64,000 nt of DNA, from positions 1 to 64,000 of the forward strand of contig JANNWY010000214.1 of the NCBI GenBank assembly GCA_031409335.1. Reading direction: 5' to 3'. Position 1 is the first letter of the stretch; each line of letters opens with the position of its first letter. Below the pieces are notes generated by a model, which saw only the letters and a program-made list of their open reading frames with translations, was not told the origin of the DNA and did not search any database. Position numbers and translations under genes: made by a program. The DNA comes from Chthoniobacteraceae bacterium. Lineage in GTDB: Bacteria; Verrucomicrobiota; Verrucomicrobiia; Chthoniobacterales; Chthoniobacteraceae. Below, in pieces: positions 9,392-19,300 of the stretch.

Positions 9392-10801
9392 TCAATGCGC
9401 GCTTCGCCCGGAAGTGGGTTCCCTTTGCGCCCGGTACATTTCCAGCGCGCGATCCCGCTCGGCGTGGTGATCAATCATCGGCAGCGGATATCCGCGCGCG
9501 AGTGGAGCACCGTCCCGCGGCGGTTCGCAAAGTTTCGCCGCGGGCACATCGCGCAGCTCCGGCACCCATCGCCGGATGAACTCACCGGACGGATCGAAGC
9601 GCTTCGTCTGCGACCATGGATTTTGGATGCGAAAGTAGGGCGCGGCATCGGTGCCGGTGCTGGCGCTCCACTGCCAGCCACCGTTGTTCGAGGCGATCTC
9701 GCCATCCACGAGCTGCCGCATGAACCAGCTCTCGCCCTCGCGCCAGTCGAGATGCAGATCCTTCGTCAGGAACATTGCCACGATCATGCGCACGCGATTG
9801 TGCATCCAGCCGGTGGCGGCGAGCTGGCGCATCCCGGCATCGACGATGGGAAAGCCAGTCTGCCCCGCGCACCAGCGCTGCAATGCGGTCGCGTTTTTCT
9901 CCCACCCGAGGCCGCGATAGTCCTCCTGAAATTCCACGTCGAGCACTTCGGGCCAGTGCCACAGCACCTGCATGTAAAACTCGCGCCAGATTAGTTCGTT
10001 GATGAACATTTGCACTCCGCGCCGATCCGCCGGCGCTGCTTTTTCCATCGCTTCCACGCTGCGCGCGTAGATTTCCCGGATCGAGAGCGTGCCGAAGCGA
10101 AGATCCTGCGAAAGTCGAGAAGTGCCAGCTTCGAGAGCCGGCAGGTCACGACATTCCGCGTAGCGAAAAACCGGGCCGTCGAGAAATCTCGCGAGCCGTT
10201 TGCGCGCGGCGGATTCGCCGGACTCGATGATCTGCGCGCCCGGCTTGAGTCCCCACGTCGCCAGCGTCGGCAGCGGCAGACTCGGCACGGTAGGTGGAGT
10301 CGCGATTCGCGCGGCGGTCTTTCCGGGCGCGGTTTTATCCAGCTTCGACCACGCGCGCGCATACGGCGTGAAGATCCGAAACGGCGTGCCGGCACCGGTC
10401 ATCACTTGGTCCCGCTCGTGCATCGTCACATCGGCATGACCGCGAATGGCGATGCCAGTGCGGCCGACGTTCGCCTCCATCTCGCGCCCGAACGGATCCG
10501 GATCGCGGTTGAAATAGATCGCCTCCGCGCCAGTCTCGCGCGCTAGGTCGTGGAGCACGGAGTCCGCGCGGCCCTCGCGAATGATCAGACGTCCGCCTTT
10601 CGCCTCCAGATTTTTTGCGAGCGATGCGAGACAGCCGCAGAGAAATTCCTGCCGCGCGGGGCCAGTCCAGCCATGTTCGCCGTGCCACTCGCTCAGGATG
10701 TAAACCGGGATCACGTGATCGTGAGCCGTGAGCGCGGCGTTGAGCGCGGTGTTATCGGTCAGGCGTAAATCTCGTCGGAACCAGTGGAGGGCGGTGCTCA
10801 T
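9392..10801 (-). CDS. phrB: Deoxyribodipyrimidine photolyase
   Basis: WFRRDLRLTDN, TSRLSQDLRFG, TGFPIVDAGMRQL, GWMHNRVRM, NNGGWQW. Confidence 0.95.
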   Translation of the reverse strand: MSTALHWFRRDLRLTDNTALNAALTAHDHVIPVYILSEWHGEHGWTGPARQEFLCGCLASLAKNLEAKGGRLIIREGRADSVLHDLARETGAEAIYFNRDPDPFGREMEANVGRTGIAIRGHADVTMHERDQVMTGAGTPFRIFTPYARAWSKLDKTAPGKTAARIATPPTVPSLPLPTLATWGLKPGAQIIESGESAARKRLARFLDGPVFRYAECRDLPALEAGTSRLSQDLRFGTLSIREIYARSVEAMEKAAPADRRGVQMFINELIWREFYMQVLWHWPEVLDVEFQEDYRGLGWEKNATALQRWCAGQTGFPIVDAGMRQLAATGWMHNRVRMIVAMFLTKDLHLDWREGESWFMRQLVDGEIASNNGGWQWSASTGTDAAPYFRIQNPWSQTKRFDPSGEFIRRWVPELRDVPAAKLCEPPRDGAPLARGYPLPMIDHHAERDRALEMYRAQREPTSGRSAH

Positions 10802-10866
10802 GATTTTCCCGTGGATACGTCCCACGAGCGCGGGCGGGCTCTTTTGAAAAGGCAAACCGCAATGCT

Positions 10867-11598
10867 TCAGCGGATCTGATAAATGACCGGCACCGTCCGC
10901 GTTTGATTCGGCGGACCCTTCCAATTTCCCCGTGCGAAAGACCGTGTGTTCGCGTCCAGGAGCGGATTGATCGGTCCGGTGATCACGACATTCGACACAT
11001 TCCCCGAGCCATCCGTGGTGATCCGGACCGAGCCGGAGCCCTGAATCCGCGAGGCAAGCGCCGCAGTCGGATACGGAGGGCGCGGCGTGCGCCAGCCTTG
11101 GTTTCCGACCTTTTGCCCGCCAGGGGTTCCCGTCAGTTTGCCTTCGGTAACATTGCCGCCGACCACACCCGCCCGGGGTGTCGGGCCGACCTTCGCTCCT
11201 GGAGGAGCGGGCGCGGGCTTCGCGGCCACCTTTGGTCTCGGTGCCGGTGTGGCTTTCGGTGCCGGTGCAGGCTCGACGAAATCCGGCTCCTTCATCGACG
11301 GTTCGGGTGGGGGAGGCTCAGGCTCTGGCTCCGGCTCGGGAGGCGGAGGCGGCGGTTCGGGCGGAGGCGGCTCCGGCGGGGCAGGGGGCGTCGCTGCGAC
11401 GATCAACTCCTGCACTTCCTCTCCGAGCGTCACATCGATTCCAAGTTCCAATTCCTCCTCCGGCTTTGGCAACGTGCCCATGTGTTTGCCGGCCCAGATC
11501 GCGAATATCGCCAGCCCGATATGTGCGCCGATCGAAAGCATGAACAGCAATGCCAGCCGTCCGCTCTTTGGCTTGCGGTATGCGATTGGCGCGCTCAT
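10867..11598 (-). CDS. tonB: TonB family energy transducer
   Basis: TM anchor, Pro-rich linker, PPYP...IQGSG C-terminal domain; in operon with exbBD. Confidence 0.85.
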   Translation of the reverse strand: MSAPIAYRKPKSGRLALLFMLSIGAHIGLAIFAIWAGKHMGTLPKPEEELELGIDVTLGEEVQELIVAATPPAPPEPPPPEPPPPPPEPEPEPEPPPPEPSMKEPDFVEPAPAPKATPAPRPKVAAKPAPAPPGAKVGPTPRAGVVGGNVTEGKLTGTPGGQKVGNQGWRTPRPPYPTAALASRIQGSGSVRITTDGSGNVSNVVITGPINPLLDANTRSFARGNWKGPPNQTRTVPVIYQIR

Positions 11599-11605
11599 CG
11601 GCGGA

Positions 11606-12085
11606 TTACGGGTTCTTCGGCGCGGGTGGAAGCGGTTCCGGTGCCGGGACTGCGCCGGCCGGTTTCGCCACACCGCCGGGCTTCATCGCGAAGGACACTT
11701 TCGTGACCCCGGCCTGGCGGACTTTGTCCAGCACCTCGATCACCATGCCGTGCCGCGCGTCGGTATCCGCGTTGATGTAAATGCGCAGGTCCGGATTCGC
11801 CTGAAACAAAGCCTTCACCTTGGGCACGATTTCCTCCTTCGCGATCGGCTTCTGCTCCTTGTCCCAAAAAATATCGCCTGCCGGCGAAACGCTGATCGGG
11901 ACGAAATCCGGCTTCTTCTCCGGCTCCGCGGAAGCTGCCTGTGGAAGCGACATTTTCACACCCGCGAGCTTGATCATGCTCATGCTCACCAGCATGAAAC
12001 TCGCGAGCAGGAAGAACATGATGTCGATCAGCGGGATGATTTCGATCCGCGCCTTTCGGTGCGGAATTGGCGCGTGCAATTTCAC
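11606..12085 (-). CDS. exbD: ExbD/TolR biopolymer transport protein
   Basis: IEIIPLIDIMFFLL; INAD...VIEVLD. Confidence 0.92.
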   Translation of the reverse strand: MKLHAPIPHRKARIEIIPLIDIMFFLLASFMLVSMSMIKLAGVKMSLPQAASAEPEKKPDFVPISVSPAGDIFWDKEQKPIAKEEIVPKVKALFQANPDLRIYINADTDARHGMVIEVLDKVRQAGVTKVSFAMKPGGVAKPAGAVPAPEPLPPAPKNP

Positions 12086-12768
12086 GCCAGCGATCCCTCG
12101 GACTTTCTCTTTTCCACCAGGGCTTTCATCATGACTTCGAGGTTGGTCGCCGCGGTTTCCAGCTCAAAGGCAAGGAACTGCACCTTTGCCGAGTAGTAGT
12201 TGAAAGGGATCAGCGTTACCATCGCGATGCCTAGACCGAAAGCGGTGGCAATCAGCGCCTCGCCGATTCCCGCGCTGACAATGCTCGGGTCGAGCCCGGC
12301 TTCACCCACCGAGTTAAACGCTTTCATGATGCCCGTGACCGTGCCCAGCAAGCCCAGCAGCGGAGCCAGCGTGATGATCGTATCCATCACGGTGAGAAAG
12401 CGCGATGCCCGCTGGATTTCGACCGCTGCCGCGAGTTGCAGCGCGCCCTGCATGGAGTCGTGCTGATTGTTCAAACCCTGCCAGACCACCCGCAGCCGCG
12501 GATCATTCGAGTCGTCGGAAAGCTGGCTGGCCTTTGCCACATCGCCTGCCTGGATTGCGTCATACACCCGATTCAGTGTCGCGGTCCGTTTGCGCGAACC
12601 TTCGCGAAGCCACCAAAACACCCGCTCCAGGATGACCGTCCCCGCCACCAGCGACACGAGCACGATCGGATACATGACTGGCCCGCCCTTGTAGAACAGG
12701 TCGAGCGCTGCATTCCCGGTGTTGATTGCGGAGGTGGAAGTGGCGGCGATAAGACTCGTTCCGAACAT
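12082..12768 (-). CDS. exbB: ExbB/TolQ/MotA proton channel protein
   Basis: APLLGLLGTVTGIM, GIGEALIATAFGL. Confidence 0.92.
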   Translation of the reverse strand: MFGTSLIAATSTSAINTGNAALDLFYKGGPVMYPIVLVSLVAGTVILERVFWWLREGSRKRTATLNRVYDAIQAGDVAKASQLSDDSNDPRLRVVWQGLNNQHDSMQGALQLAAAVEIQRASRFLTVMDTIITLAPLLGLLGTVTGIMKAFNSVGEAGLDPSIVSAGIGEALIATAFGLGIAMVTLIPFNYYSAKVQFLAFELETAATNLEVMMKALVEKRKSEGSLA

Positions 12769-12877
12769 AGGTTACAGTGGTATTCGCAGATGCGACCGGC
12801 ATTGGATGCGCGGGATACCCGGACGCTGCCAGCGTGAAACAGGAACGGCAACCGGAATTTCGCGCGTCGAGTGGCTG

Positions 12878-15800
12878 TTACTTCAGCGTTTGCAGGAAGG
12901 CTTGAATGTCCGCGATTTCCTGTGGCTTCAAGATCAGGCCCATCGGCGGCATCGGCGAAGCGCCCAGTTGCTGGAAGCCTTCTGCCAGAGTTTTTCCAGG
13001 TTCCAGCAGACTCTCCTTGATGTAAGCGGCGTCCTTCCGCATCGAAAGCCCATCGAGCGCCGGGCCGACCGTGCTGCCTTTCCCGCCGAGCATGTGACAC
13101 AGCGCGCAGGCTGCGGTGGGGTGTTTCCAGAAGATGTCTTCACCGCGCTTCATATCTCCGGCGAGCAGCGCATCGTCCCCGGCAGCCTCCGCTGGCAGGA
13201 GTTCGCAGAGCTTTACATCGTCAAATATGCCTTCGCCTTCGCACACATGCAGGATGTTCACGCTGGATACGTTTCGATCGCCGCTGGTGAATGTGACATC
13301 CACCTCGGTCCACTCGCCGGCACGCGTGACGACTTCGGTTTCCGCTCGGCCGATGTGGTCGTTGAAACTAATCTTCCCGCGGATACCCTTCCCCGCCTTC
13401 ACCCAGCCGGAGAGCCGGTAAGTCGTGTTGGGTTTCAGCGGCACATCGGCAAAGAAGCTCGTGTCGGCAGCTCCGGTGCTCTTGCAGCGAAGCGCCCGCT
13501 CGCCGCTGTGAACATTGCCGGCACCGGTGACGACTTCCCATTTCGCCGACTTGTTCGCCTCACGGTTGCCGTAGTCGCGCCGCTTCCACCCTTCCGGGAA
13601 CCCATCGGCAGCGATCGTTTCCAAACCTGCATTTGGCAATAGATTTGGTCCGTCCTTGAAGGAGCTGGCACCATGCCTCTTGCCTAGAACGCGGATGGCT
13701 TCCTTCAGCCAGTCATCCTTCGCAAGGGTCGGATCAGTCCCAAGGCGGGATGCAAGGGTCTTGATCTCGGGGGTCGTGTCAAACGCGGCCAGTTTCACAA
13801 ATGCCGCCAGCCGGTTGGCGGGTTCCGCATCGCTGATCGTGCCTGAACCGAATAGCAGCGCCTGCGATTTCGCGTCATTGGCCAGGGCCCGCACGGCATT
13901 GCGGCGAAGCACCGGATCTTTCGCAAGCAACGCGCTCCGATGCGCAGCCTCGTCGAGCTGACCGATGCCATGCAAAGTCCAAAGCGCATGGATGGCTGCG
14001 ATATTCCCATCGTTCGCGCTCACGATCTTTTTCAGCGACTCCGTGACATCCACCGCCTTTCTCTCGACGAGCATCTGCTGCCCGCGCAGCCTCCAGAATT
14101 GGTTGTCGCTCCCCAACGCCTTCACGAGATCCGCGTTGGACGCACCCTTCAAGGTGGAAATGGCGGGAGTCGTCGCCTTCTTCCACACCACCCGGTAAAT
14201 GCGCCCGCGTTCGTGATCGCGCAGCGGATTTTCATGGGCTCCGCCCACGCCAGTCTTCGCCGCATACCCACCGCGATCCACACTCGGCGTGGGATTGTGT
14301 TGAATGATGAAATTCTGAAAGTCCGCAACCCATACGGCGCCGTCCGGCCCGACCTCGGCAAAGACCGGCGACATCCATTCATCGCTGCTTGCCAGCAGGT
14401 TGAACCCATCGTGCGCATCGTAGCCCGCGCCGTTCGCGCGGACATCCATCAGCGAGACCAGCTTCATCGTTGGCTCGCAAACCAGCGCTTTTCCCTGAAC
14501 GCGGGAGGGAAGGTTCGCGCTGTAGGCGAATGCACTTCCCGCTGCCGCAGTATAGCCACCCATCACATCCACTTGCCTGAAATTCGGAGTGATCGTGTGC
14601 GCCTCCGGCACCAGGTTGATCTTCTTCGCGGTCATACCTTTCATCCCATCGGGGTAGGCGGTTGCCGGGATGCCTCCGAAAAAGATCGGTGCGCCATTCG
14701 CGGTTCCGCCGAACTGGTCGCCCGCCGCATTCATGCCATGCGCCCACGAGTTGTTCGTGAACTGATGCAGGAATTCCAGCGCGCTGCCATCCGCGCGGAA
14801 GCGATAGGTGCCCATCCCAAACTTCTTTTTCACACCGCCGACCGACCCATCGTAGCCGGAGTAACCCACGCAGCCATAGAGCCAGTTGTCGTAGCCATAG
14901 TGAAGGCTGTTCGCCTGCGCGTGGGTATCGCCGATTCCCCACCCAGTCATGATCTCCTCGCGCACATCCGCCTTGTCATCGCCGTTGGAGTCTTTCAGGA
15001 AAAGGAAACGCGGTGGCTGGCTGACGATGATTCCGCCATTGGCAAAGACGATGCCAGTCGGGATGTTGAGCTTGTCGGCGAAGACCGTGAACTTGTCCGC
15101 CTTGCCATCGCCGTTCGTGTCTTCACAGATGCGAATGCTGTCGTTACCCATGCCATCGGCTTTGACGCCGTGGGGATAGTCGCTGGTCTCGCAGACCCAG
15201 CAGCGTCCGCGTTCATCCCAAGCCATCGCGATTGGCTTGCGAATGTCCGGCTCGCTCGCGAATAGCTGGAGATCCATGTCCGCCGGGACTTGGGTCCGCT
15301 CCATGCTGGCCTTCACCGTCATCGGGAGTTGGAAGGTCAATGGCTCGGGCCGTTTCTCGTAGTTGGCGACATTGGGATTGGCCTCGCGTTTCTCAGGCTC
15401 CCTGCTGCTGAGGAAGGCTTCCCACTCACCCTTCACCTCGTCACCCACCGACCAGACGATCGCGTTCCGCAACATCTTCTGAAAGTCCGCGTTCTTCCAA
15501 GTCCGGTCATCGTGTCCGCTGGCCGTGTAAAAGACACGCCCATTTCCCTGCTCGCGCACCCATGTCCACGGTTCGCGATGCGCACCCTCGACGCGCTCGG
15601 CCAGCATCTTTCGACCAATCGGATTCAGTTGGTCATGCACATAGGTTTCGTCCCATGTCTCATATTCGCTTACGCCTTGCATGATGGGATGGGTCTTGTC
15701 CACGATCACTGCCTTGAAAACGCCATCCTGGTGCTCCTTAAAGCGTCCGCCAACCAGGGCGATAAATCGTGGCTCATTTCCAAAGCACGCGCTGGCACAA

Positions 15801-16126
15801 TGGATGGGGAGAAAGCCGCGGCCGCTTTCCACGAAGCGATTCAGCGCATCGAACTGCTCCGGCTTCATCGTCCCGTGGTTGGCATACAGCATCACGGCGT
15901 CGTAGTGGGAAAGAGTCTCCGGATTCAGGCAATCGGGCCGGGTGAAGTAGTCGAAGTAAATCGCCTCGCGTCCGAAGTTCGCCATCAGATAGGGCAGATA
16001 CTTCGCGGAATTGTGGTGCTCGCTTTCGTGGCCGAGAAAGAGCACGCGAATGGGCCGCGGCGCAGCCGAAGCAGCTACGGCGAGCACGAACGCGACGACG
16101 ATGGTCAGCAACGGGGACTTTTTCAT
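12878..16126 (-). CDS. PVC-type heme-binding CxxCH protein (ThuA-like domain, beta-propeller dehydrogenase-like domain, HEAT repeats, CBM-like domain, cytochrome c)
   Basis: Signal peptide; ThuA-like GRVFYTASGHD; FASEPDIRKPIAMAWDERGR; C-terminal CALCH...GPALDG...MPP. Confidence 0.88.
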   Translation of the reverse strand: MKKSPLLTIVVAFVLAVAASAAPRPIRVLFLGHESEHHNSAKYLPYLMANFGREAIYFDYFTRPDCLNPETLSHYDAVMLYANHGTMKPEQFDALNRFVESGRGFLPIHCASACFGNEPRFIALVGGRFKEHQDGVFKAVIVDKTHPIMQGVSEYETWDETYVHDQLNPIGRKMLAERVEGAHREPWTWVREQGNGRVFYTASGHDDRTWKNADFQKMLRNAIVWSVGDEVKGEWEAFLSSREPEKREANPNVANYEKRPEPLTFQLPMTVKASMERTQVPADMDLQLFASEPDIRKPIAMAWDERGRCWVCETSDYPHGVKADGMGNDSIRICEDTNGDGKADKFTVFADKLNIPTGIVFANGGIIVSQPPRFLFLKDSNGDDKADVREEIMTGWGIGDTHAQANSLHYGYDNWLYGCVGYSGYDGSVGGVKKKFGMGTYRFRADGSALEFLHQFTNNSWAHGMNAAGDQFGGTANGAPIFFGGIPATAYPDGMKGMTAKKINLVPEAHTITPNFRQVDVMGGYTAAAGSAFAYSANLPSRVQGKALVCEPTMKLVSLMDVRANGAGYDAHDGFNLLASSDEWMSPVFAEVGPDGAVWVADFQNFIIQHNPTPSVDRGGYAAKTGVGGAHENPLRDHERGRIYRVVWKKATTPAISTLKGASNADLVKALGSDNQFWRLRGQQMLVERKAVDVTESLKKIVSANDGNIAAIHALWTLHGIGQLDEAAHRSALLAKDPVLRRNAVRALANDAKSQALLFGSGTISDAEPANRLAAFVKLAAFDTTPEIKTLASRLGTDPTLAKDDWLKEAIRVLGKRHGASSFKDGPNLLPNAGLETIAADGFPEGWKRRDYGNREANKSAKWEVVTGAGNVHSGERALRCKSTGAADTSFFADVPLKPNTTYRLSGWVKAGKGIRGKISFNDHIGRAETEVVTRAGEWTEVDVTFTSGDRNVSSVNILHVCEGEGIFDDVKLCELLPAEAAGDDALLAGDMKRGEDIFWKHPTAACALCHMLGGKGSTVGPALDGLSMRKDAAYIKESLLEPGKTLAEGFQQLGASPMPPMGLILKPQEIADIQAFLQTLK

Positions 16127-16138
16127 GAGTCGTGTGTG

Positions 16139-16309
16139 TTACCCCATCAGTGTTTGCATGACCACCGAATTTCTCCGGTTGCGCGTCGCATTTCCCGCGC
16201 CGACATCAGCCATCGCCTTCGCCTCCTCCGCACTACCCAAATAGACGATGGTGAAAAGGTCCATCCGGTGCGCGAGCGCGATGGTCTCGAACTCCTTCTT
16301 AACGCTCAT
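16139..16309 (-). pseudogene. Possible internal fragment of a PEP-hydrolase-like (Tm-1-related TIM barrel) gene
   Basis: Manual translation MSVKKEFETIALAHRMDLFTIVYLGSAEEAKAMADVGA... resembles, from memory, the E..I..AH..DL.T..Y....EEA.AMA..GAD segment of that family. Confidence 0.45.
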
Positions 16310-16339
16310 GTGTCGGCACCGCCGCTTTTGCTGGAAAGG

Positions 16340-19300
16340 CTATGGAGTCCGCACGACCCGATAGAAGCGCTGCGGCCCATCTGCTGCCGGATCGCTGAGT
16401 GTCAGCACCGCACTCGTGGCTGTGACAGGCGCACCAATCGGCGTCCATGCCGCACTGGTGAGATCGTCTTTGTATTCGAGCTGATAGCCATATTTCGGCA
16501 GAACGCTCAGCGTAAAAGTCACGACGTTGCCGCTCTTCAAAATAGACACTCCCGGCAGCCCGGCCGCGCCGCCATTCGGCGTGCCCGGCGTCGGCATGGT
16601 GAGGTAAGCGATGACCGTTCCTCCGTCCGTGGTCCGGCCCTGGCTGATGTCGTCGTATTGCTGTCCGAAAGTGACGGTGTCAATGAGTGTGCCATCGGGT
16701 GCGCGCAGGACTAGCGTCTCACCGGCGCTGGCGAGCTTGAAGGGGACATGCAGATTGCCCGGCGTGGTGCTTTGCACGGTTTCATCATCGCACCAGATGC
16801 GCAGCCTTCCGCCCGCCGGAATGGTGTAGCCATTGGGAATGATATAGTTGACGCCCGGCGCCGGCGCACTGTCGCCGAGCGTCCAGCCAGCGAGGGTGAC
16901 GGTCGAGGCTGTCGGATTGTAGAGTTCGACCCAGTCTTCAAAATCAGCATCCGCGGGATCGGCGTTCGTGCTGTTGTTGGCGGCGAGCCATTCATTGATC
17001 CGCAGGGCCGCCCAGGCGTTCACGCCGGTAAAGGTGACAGTCACCGTGCCGGTGCCGACTTGCACACCGTTTCCATCGAACGCGCGGACGACATACGGAT
17101 TCGTACCCGACGCTGGCACGAGCGGGATGCTCCATGCCGTCACGCTCGTCCAGGTCACAGGCAGCGCCGCGTTGTTGACCGTCAGCGTCGCGACCGTTAC
17201 CGGTGCCGTCCCGCTAATGGTCACGGTTGGCACAGTCACGGTCACGTTCGCCGGACTGGTAATGGCAAAACTTGCGCTGACAGCATTCAACTCCCCCTGA
17301 AGAAAAGTGCGCCGCTGGTCGATCCATTGCGTGATGCTCAAGCTATAAGCGCCACTGGCCACAAAGGGCGAGGTGAGAGCGATGCCGTTGGCCGTGAAGG
17401 CATCGTATCTTCGCTGGAGCTGGCTGGTGACGCCGGTGCCGCTGAAGAACGTCGCGAAGGCCTCACTGATCGTCTGCCAGTAGATGCGGCGGAATGGCGC
17501 GAAAGCCTGGAGCGCATCGACCTTGGTATCGACCGTCGCGGGAAAAAGGGCCGCGTTGGTTGGATCGTTGAATACCCCGAGTCCGACATCCATATCCCAG
17601 GTGAACTGGGTCCAGCGGCCCGCCATTGGTTTGTATAGATAGGTATTCTTATGGTTCGGGTTGCCAAACCCATCCCAGTACGAACAGAGATCGTGGAAAG
17701 CGAATGTGCGCATCCAGTTTTCCACGTCGATGCGGGATTCGATGGCTGCCTGGTAGCCGGTGGTCGCGTTCACTGCGTCGATGAGGGAAAAGAGATCCGC
17801 AAACTCGTTCGCCGAACGCGCCGCGCGCGGACGCCAGGTCCAGCGGTAACGCGCAAGTTTGTGCTGCCCGGCGCTGTCATAGTGCCGGAGGATGTTGGCT
17901 TCGCCCGCCGTCACGGAATTCGCGGCGTCGGGGCTTTCGTTCCAGTTGTTGGATTTGTGGAGATGCCCGTCGTTGTCATCGGGAAAATACTCGTCGATCA
18001 GCGTGCCGTCGGGCTGCTGCACGTCGTCGTAGATGGTCCCGCGCCGCACCCCATTGACGAAGAGATGCACGTAGCGGCGATAGAGATTTGGCAGGCGAAG
18101 CTGCTCGGCCATCCAGAACATCAGCACCTCGCGCTGATCGGTCACATCGCGCACCGGGAAATCGAGCGAGATGTGATTCTCTTCGAGAACTAAGTCGTCT
18201 TGGGGAAGGGTTAGATTGTAGCCACAAAGTCCGCCGAGCGGCGAAGTAAAGCCGGGCGTGCTTGCCTCACTGCCAGCATACCAGGCACCGCCGCCATACA
18301 CCGCGCGGACGCCACCATACACATAGGTCACGTCGATCGGTTCGTTGCCAAACTTCGCCCGGCTCGCCCACGTGGTAACATTCGCTGACGTGAGCCAGAT
18401 CCGATACACGCCGAAATCTCCCGCCTGGGCAGGCTCGCCGACCCGCGCGAGACATTCGTGTGCTGGAGCATCGGGCGGGAAAAGCGCGCTGGCCGGCGAG
18501 GGTGCGGCGTCCGTGGCTTCGATGCGGAAGACAATCAGCGTCCCCGCCGTTTGCTGGGGAATCGTGCCAGTAAAAAGGCCGTCGCCCGCGAACGTGTCGC
18601 CATTCACGCCGTCATCGTGCATGACCGCACTGGTGAAAGTCCCCGTCGTTTCCACGCGCCACCGCAGCGTCACCGCACTGAGGCCATCCGGATCGATGAC
18701 GCGCGCGAAAACGCGGAAGGGCACGCCTGCCACCGGCAACACGGGAAAATGGGAAACCTCGGCGATCGCCGGGCCGGCATTCGCCACCGCGCGACTGTTC
18801 GGAGCGCCGGGTGTGCCAAGATTTTTCGGAACCGTGAGCGTGCCGAAGGCTTCGAGATAGCCGCCTTTCAAGCGCAGGATCGCCTCGGGCCGTCCGGCCA
18901 GCCAGCGCATCTGCGCGGAGACGGTGGCGTTGGTGTTCGCGGCCAGCGTCGAGGTCAGCGCGCTGAAAACGCGGTTGCCCTCGACATCGCCGTCGTCGGT
19001 CCCGCGCAGCCGCAGCGCGCTTCCACCGCCGACGCCCTGGCCCGCCACGGCGGTCGAGCGACTCTGATTGCCCTGCACCGTCCAGCCAGTCAGCCCGCCC
19101 TCGAAGCCGCCATTCGTCACCACATTACCGGCACCATTCGGGGCCACGACGATGTTGTCCACGAGCGTCTCGCCCGTGCCCATGAGGAAAAGCTGCACGC
19201 GATCCGCGCCCGTGGTGCCGACGTTGCCGAGATCGAGCGTGCCGCTCACACTCACCGTGGTCCACGGCGCTTTGGCGGTTTCATTGCTGTCCGCCCACGC

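Noticed and set aside
11280..11400. GC-rich repeat tract as a DNA repeat element
   Set aside because: Explained by the Pro/Glu linker of TonB
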